Below, in pieces: positions 60,763-64,000 of a stretch of DNA of 64,000 nt. The notes below the pieces were generated by a model that saw nothing but the letters and a program-made list of their open reading frames with translations, did not search any database and was not told the DNA's origin. The position numbers and the translations under genes are program-made. This stretch comes from a bacterium (lineage in GTDB: Bacteria > Zhuqueibacterota > Zhuqueibacteria > Residuimicrobiales > Krinioviventaceae), in the NCBI GenBank assembly GCA_963674595.2, contig CAXXFV010000016.1:608001-672000 (forward strand). The letters run 5' to 3'. How positions within the stretch are numbered: the first letter of the stretch is position 1; every line of letters begins with the position of its first letter.

Positions 60763-61917
60763 ATGAAAAGAATCGGATATTTATTGATTAAAAAAATTAA
60801 AAGAGCCGGAAAGATTTTTTTTCCGGCTCTGCTAGTTTTTTATTATGCTTTCGGTTTGTCACCGGAATTTGCCTTTGCTACGGATGTTCCTGACCGCATC
60901 AAGTTTGAAATTCCCAAATCTGATCCGGTAATCGTGCGGCAAAAAATAGAGAACAATCCTTTGCCGCTTATCAGCCTTGTAGCAGTCGGTGATTTGATGA
61001 TGGGCTCCTGGGTCATTGATATTGTCAACAGAGAAGGGTATGATTTTCCTTTTGACAGCACAAGAACAATCATAAAAAGCGCAGATGTTGCCGTTGCCAA
61101 CCTGGAGGCGCCGTTTTCATTGACAGGCACCAGTTTTGAAAAAAAGTATACCTTTAAAGTGCCGCCGGTTTTGGCCCAGGGTATAAAAAATGCCGGATTT
61201 GATGTTTTAACACTGGCAAACAATCATATGGTTGATTTTGGCTGCGAAGGTGTTATGAATACCCGTGCTGCGCTGGATTCCTTTGGGCTTTTTTACTGTG
61301 GGGCCGGAGCAAACAGAGAACAAGCCTGTTCTCCGGTTTATGTTGACTGTATGGGTGTTAAGGTTGCCTTTATTGCTTTTTCACTAACTTTTCCGAAAGA
61401 GTTTTGGGCCGACGATACATCCTGTGGGACCTGTTTTGCTTCCGAACGTTCTCTGAAGCGGGCACTAGCTGAAAGTGAAAAAAATGCTGATGTGACAATT
61501 GTCAGTTTTCACTGGGGTGCGGAGAAAATGACGGTTCCAAAGGATTATCAAATACATTTGGCTCACAGTTCCATAGATGCCGGAGCAGATTTGGTTTTGG
61601 GACACCATCCTCATGTTTTACAAGGAATAGAAATTTATAAGAACAAACTGATTGCCTATAGTTTGGGTAATTATGTTTTTGGTTCATTCAGTAGAAATTC
61701 TAAAGACAGTATTGTACTGCAAACATTGATTTCTCCTCAAGGTTTAATTAATGCTCATGTTTATCCGATTAATGTCTATAATCATGAGGTGGGTTTTCAA
61801 CCCAGGCTTGTTAAGGGCAAGGAACGATCAAGAATTATTGAGAATTTAAATGGTTTGTCGCGTGATTTGAATTTTGGTAAAAATTTAATAGATCAAAAGG
61901 GTTTTATTTTTCCATAA
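60763..61917 (+). CDS. CapA-family (PGA_cap) metallophosphatase-like protein
   Basis: VGDLM, NLEAP, LANNHMVDFG, HWGAE, GADLVLGHHPHVLQG, YSLGNYVF. Confidence 0.92.
   Translation: MKRIGYLLIKKIKRAGKIFFPALLVFYYAFGLSPEFAFATDVPDRIKFEIPKSDPVIVRQKIENNPLPLISLVAVGDLMMGSWVIDIVNREGYDFPFDSTRTIIKSADVAVANLEAPFSLTGTSFEKKYTFKVPPVLAQGIKNAGFDVLTLANNHMVDFGCEGVMNTRAALDSFGLFYCGAGANREQACSPVYVDCMGVKVAFIAFSLTFPKEFWADDTSCGTCFASERSLKRALAESEKNADVTIVSFHWGAEKMTVPKDYQIHLAHSSIDAGADLVLGHHPHVLQGIEIYKNKLIAYSLGNYVFGSFSRNSKDSIVLQTLISPQGLINAHVYPINVYNHEVGFQPRLVKGKERSRIIENLNGLSRDLNFGKNLIDQKGFIFP
60802..60830. terminator. Stable hairpin inside the 5' end of the capA-like ORF
   Basis: AGAGCCGGAAA / TTTCCGGCTCT 11-bp stem, about 50 nt after the upstream stop. 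Confidence 0.4.
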
Positions 61918-61935
61918 AATTTTTGTGGGGTATAT

Positions 61936-63309
61936 ATGTCAAAGATCAGCGAACCTGCACGAGAAGGATTTCTGTATCATCTGTGGGACCAACGGGATTT
62001 TAATTTTACACTTACAACGATTGATGAGCGAAAGGTCACAATCCATGAAAAAGGACAGAGAAACTTTGATGGCGGACCGGATTATTTAAACGCTCTTATA
62101 CAGATCAATGACCATCTTGTTCGCGGTGATATTGAAATACATGCAACAGCACAGGATTGGTATGCTCATGGTCATCATAATGATCCGGCTTATAATTCGG
62201 TCATTCTGCACATTGTCACCATGGAGTGTCCGCCTGAATTTTATACAATAGCTCAAAATGAAACTGTAATTCCCACTTTAAATTTAGACTGGTTTCTGGA
62301 GAAAAATGCCGAAGAACTAGAGTTGGAAGATAGAGACCCTGAAAAGAACGAATCAGTTTGTGTTTTTGAGCAAAAAGATATTTTTTTTAAACAGAATTTT
62401 TTAAGTAATGCCGGATTAGAGCGGTTGAAAATTAAAGCCGAACGGTTTTTAGAGCAACATGGAACAGCGAATTGGGACCAAATATTTTATCAGGCCATAT
62501 TGGAATCTTTGGGGTATTCAAAAAATCAAATTCCTTTTCGGCGGTTGGCAGCTCTTTTACCTGTTAATGATATTTGGCAGTACATTAGAAACGACGACGC
62601 AAAAGAGGCTTTAATAAAAAGTGAAGCGTTACTTTTTGGCGCTGCAGGATTTTTAAAGCACCATGACGTATTGGATCCTGAAGCTAAAAAGTACCATACT
62701 CAACTGGTTATGATTTGGGACTCCTTTTTAAAATTTGATAAAATTGTTCCTTTAGAGATGGAAACATGGCAGTTTTTTCGTCTGCGTCCGCAAAATTTTC
62801 CAACACGGCGCATTGCTGCGGCGGCTCAACTGATTTGCCAGTTTCAACGGGATGGTTTTGTTGAAACCATTTATCGACTCGTCCATAATACTTTTCCATT
62901 GCCTAAAGGATTTTACAAAGAACTTGAACGGCTCTTTGTTGTAACGGCAGGTACTTTTTGGATGAGACATTTTTCATTTCAGGACCTTGCCGAACCGAAA
63001 TCAAAAATGGAGAAAAATTTATTAGGTTCCGAACGGGCCCGTGATATTGTTATAAATACGGTCCTGCCGGGATTATATGCCTATTCATTGGAAATCGGTG
63101 ACGGTCACCTGGCCAACACTATACACCATTTGTTTAACCATTATCCTGTTTGTGCTGATAACGAAATAACAAAAAAAATGAAAGTAATTTTTGATAAAAC
63201 AGGAAACGATGGTACTGTGCTAAATGCTTTACATCAGCAAGGACTGATACATCTTTACAAAAACTATTGTCAAAAGGGTAATTGTTTTGCATGCAGGCAG
63301 AAAGTTTAA
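61936..63309 (+). CDS. DUF2851-family protein
   Basis: E.FL..LW; G..N...GPD..NA; GDIEIH..DW.AHGHH.DPAYNSVILH; WQFFRLRPQNFPTRRIA; QGLIHL..YC...C..C. Confidence 0.85.
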   Translation: MSKISEPAREGFLYHLWDQRDFNFTLTTIDERKVTIHEKGQRNFDGGPDYLNALIQINDHLVRGDIEIHATAQDWYAHGHHNDPAYNSVILHIVTMECPPEFYTIAQNETVIPTLNLDWFLEKNAEELELEDRDPEKNESVCVFEQKDIFFKQNFLSNAGLERLKIKAERFLEQHGTANWDQIFYQAILESLGYSKNQIPFRRLAALLPVNDIWQYIRNDDAKEALIKSEALLFGAAGFLKHHDVLDPEAKKYHTQLVMIWDSFLKFDKIVPLEMETWQFFRLRPQNFPTRRIAAAAQLICQFQRDGFVETIYRLVHNTFPLPKGFYKELERLFVVTAGTFWMRHFSFQDLAEPKSKMEKNLLGSERARDIVINTVLPGLYAYSLEIGDGHLANTIHHLFNHYPVCADNEITKKMKVIFDKTGNDGTVLNALHQQGLIHLYKNYCQKGNCFACRQKV

Positions 63310-63358
63310 GTTGTTGTGTTGATATGCAATAAGCTGTTTTACGGCTCTATCCTTTTTG

Positions 63359-63387
63359 TTGACTTTTTTTCGAATTTTTAGTAATAT
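63359..63387 (+). promoter_or_regulatory. Putative promoter upstream of rsmI
   Basis: TTGACT-17 bp-TAATAT. Confidence 0.5.
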
Positions 63388-63532
63388 TACTGGTTTAGTT
63401 TATTAATGATATAATATGTTTAAATTTATTTATTTTGGATAAAAGAGCATGCGTGCCCGACTGAACCTAATAATCGATAATTATTAGTAAAGAGGAGGAA
63501 AAAATAATAATAGATTCGATTTGGAGGCTAAA

Positions 63533-64000
63533 GTGACGCCGGGCACGCTATATATTGTTAGTACACCCATTGGTAATTTGAAAGATATTTCTTTACGGGC
63601 GTTGGAAATTCTTGCACATGTAGATTTGATCGCGGCAGAAGATACAAGAACCTCTCGTATATTATTAGACGCATATCAAATAAAAACGCCTACAAAAAGT
63701 TATCATGATTTTAATAAAGAAAGCGTAACACCTCAATTACTGGAGAAATTAAAGAGCAAAGAGTCTATTGCTGTTATTAGTGATGCAGGAACACCTGGTA
63801 TTTCTGATCCGGCATTTTACCTTGTTCGTGAAGCCATAAAAGAAAATATAAAAATTGAGACAATTCCCGGCGCAACAGCCTTTGTTCCTGCTTTAATATT
63901 ATCCGGTTTGGCGACAGATCGTTTTGTTTTCGAAGGTTTTTTACCGCCGAAAAAAGGGCGACATACAAGACTTGAGCAACTAGCTGAAGAACCCAGAACA
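63533..64000 (+). CDS. rsmI: 16S rRNA (cytidine1402-2'-O)-methyltransferase, 3' end outside the window (absent from the supplied ORF track)
   Basis: GTG start after GGAGG; translates MTPGTLYIVSTPIGNLKDISLRALEIL..DLIAAEDTR..ISDAGTPGISDP..IPGATA..FVFEGFLP. Confidence 0.95.
   Translation, partial: MTPGTLYIVSTPIGNLKDISLRALEILAHVDLIAAEDTRTSRILLDAYQIKTPTKSYHDFNKESVTPQLLEKLKSKESIAVISDAGTPGISDPAFYLVREAIKENIKIETIPGATAFVPALILSGLATDRFVFEGFLPPKKGRHTRLEQLAEEPRT

Noticed and set aside
60763-61917. Poly-gamma-glutamate capsule locus
   Set aside because: Only a lone CapA-family gene is present; there are no capB/capC neighbours.

Overview
AT-rich bacterial chromosome segment. The gene repertoire suggests an FCB-group lineage outside Bacteroidia (KSB1/Calditrichota/Ignavibacteria-like); this is inference, not a taxonomic assignment. 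From left to right: (1) the end of a surface-polysaccharide locus (sulfatase, GT4-WecB/TagA fusion, two large secreted proteins, GT4); (2) tRNA-Leu(TAG)-tig-clpP-clpX-engB; (3) a ~46 kb secretome region with ten proteins ending in T9SS/FlgD-Ig-type C-terminal domains; (4) capA-like, DUF2851-like and rsmI genes. The secretome region opens with a five-gene cassette: TonB-dependent receptor with Ca-binding-like loop inserts, a partner with a variant CTD, a PorV-family barrel, an apparently inactive M30-like pseudo-peptidase and a TPR lipoprotein. Two jelly-roll adhesin-like proteins and a protease set (2x M6, 2x S8, C25) follow, interrupted by a minus-strand block (frameshifted GxGYxYP-like gene, MarR-SDR-lipocalin unit, second TBDR plus lipoprotein). 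The best candidate for an undescribed system is the SusD-less TBDR/PorV/pseudo-protease cassette, a putative protein or peptide capture-and-import locus. I saw no CRISPR, rRNA or mobile-element genes. All family calls come from motif recognition by eye, not database searches.
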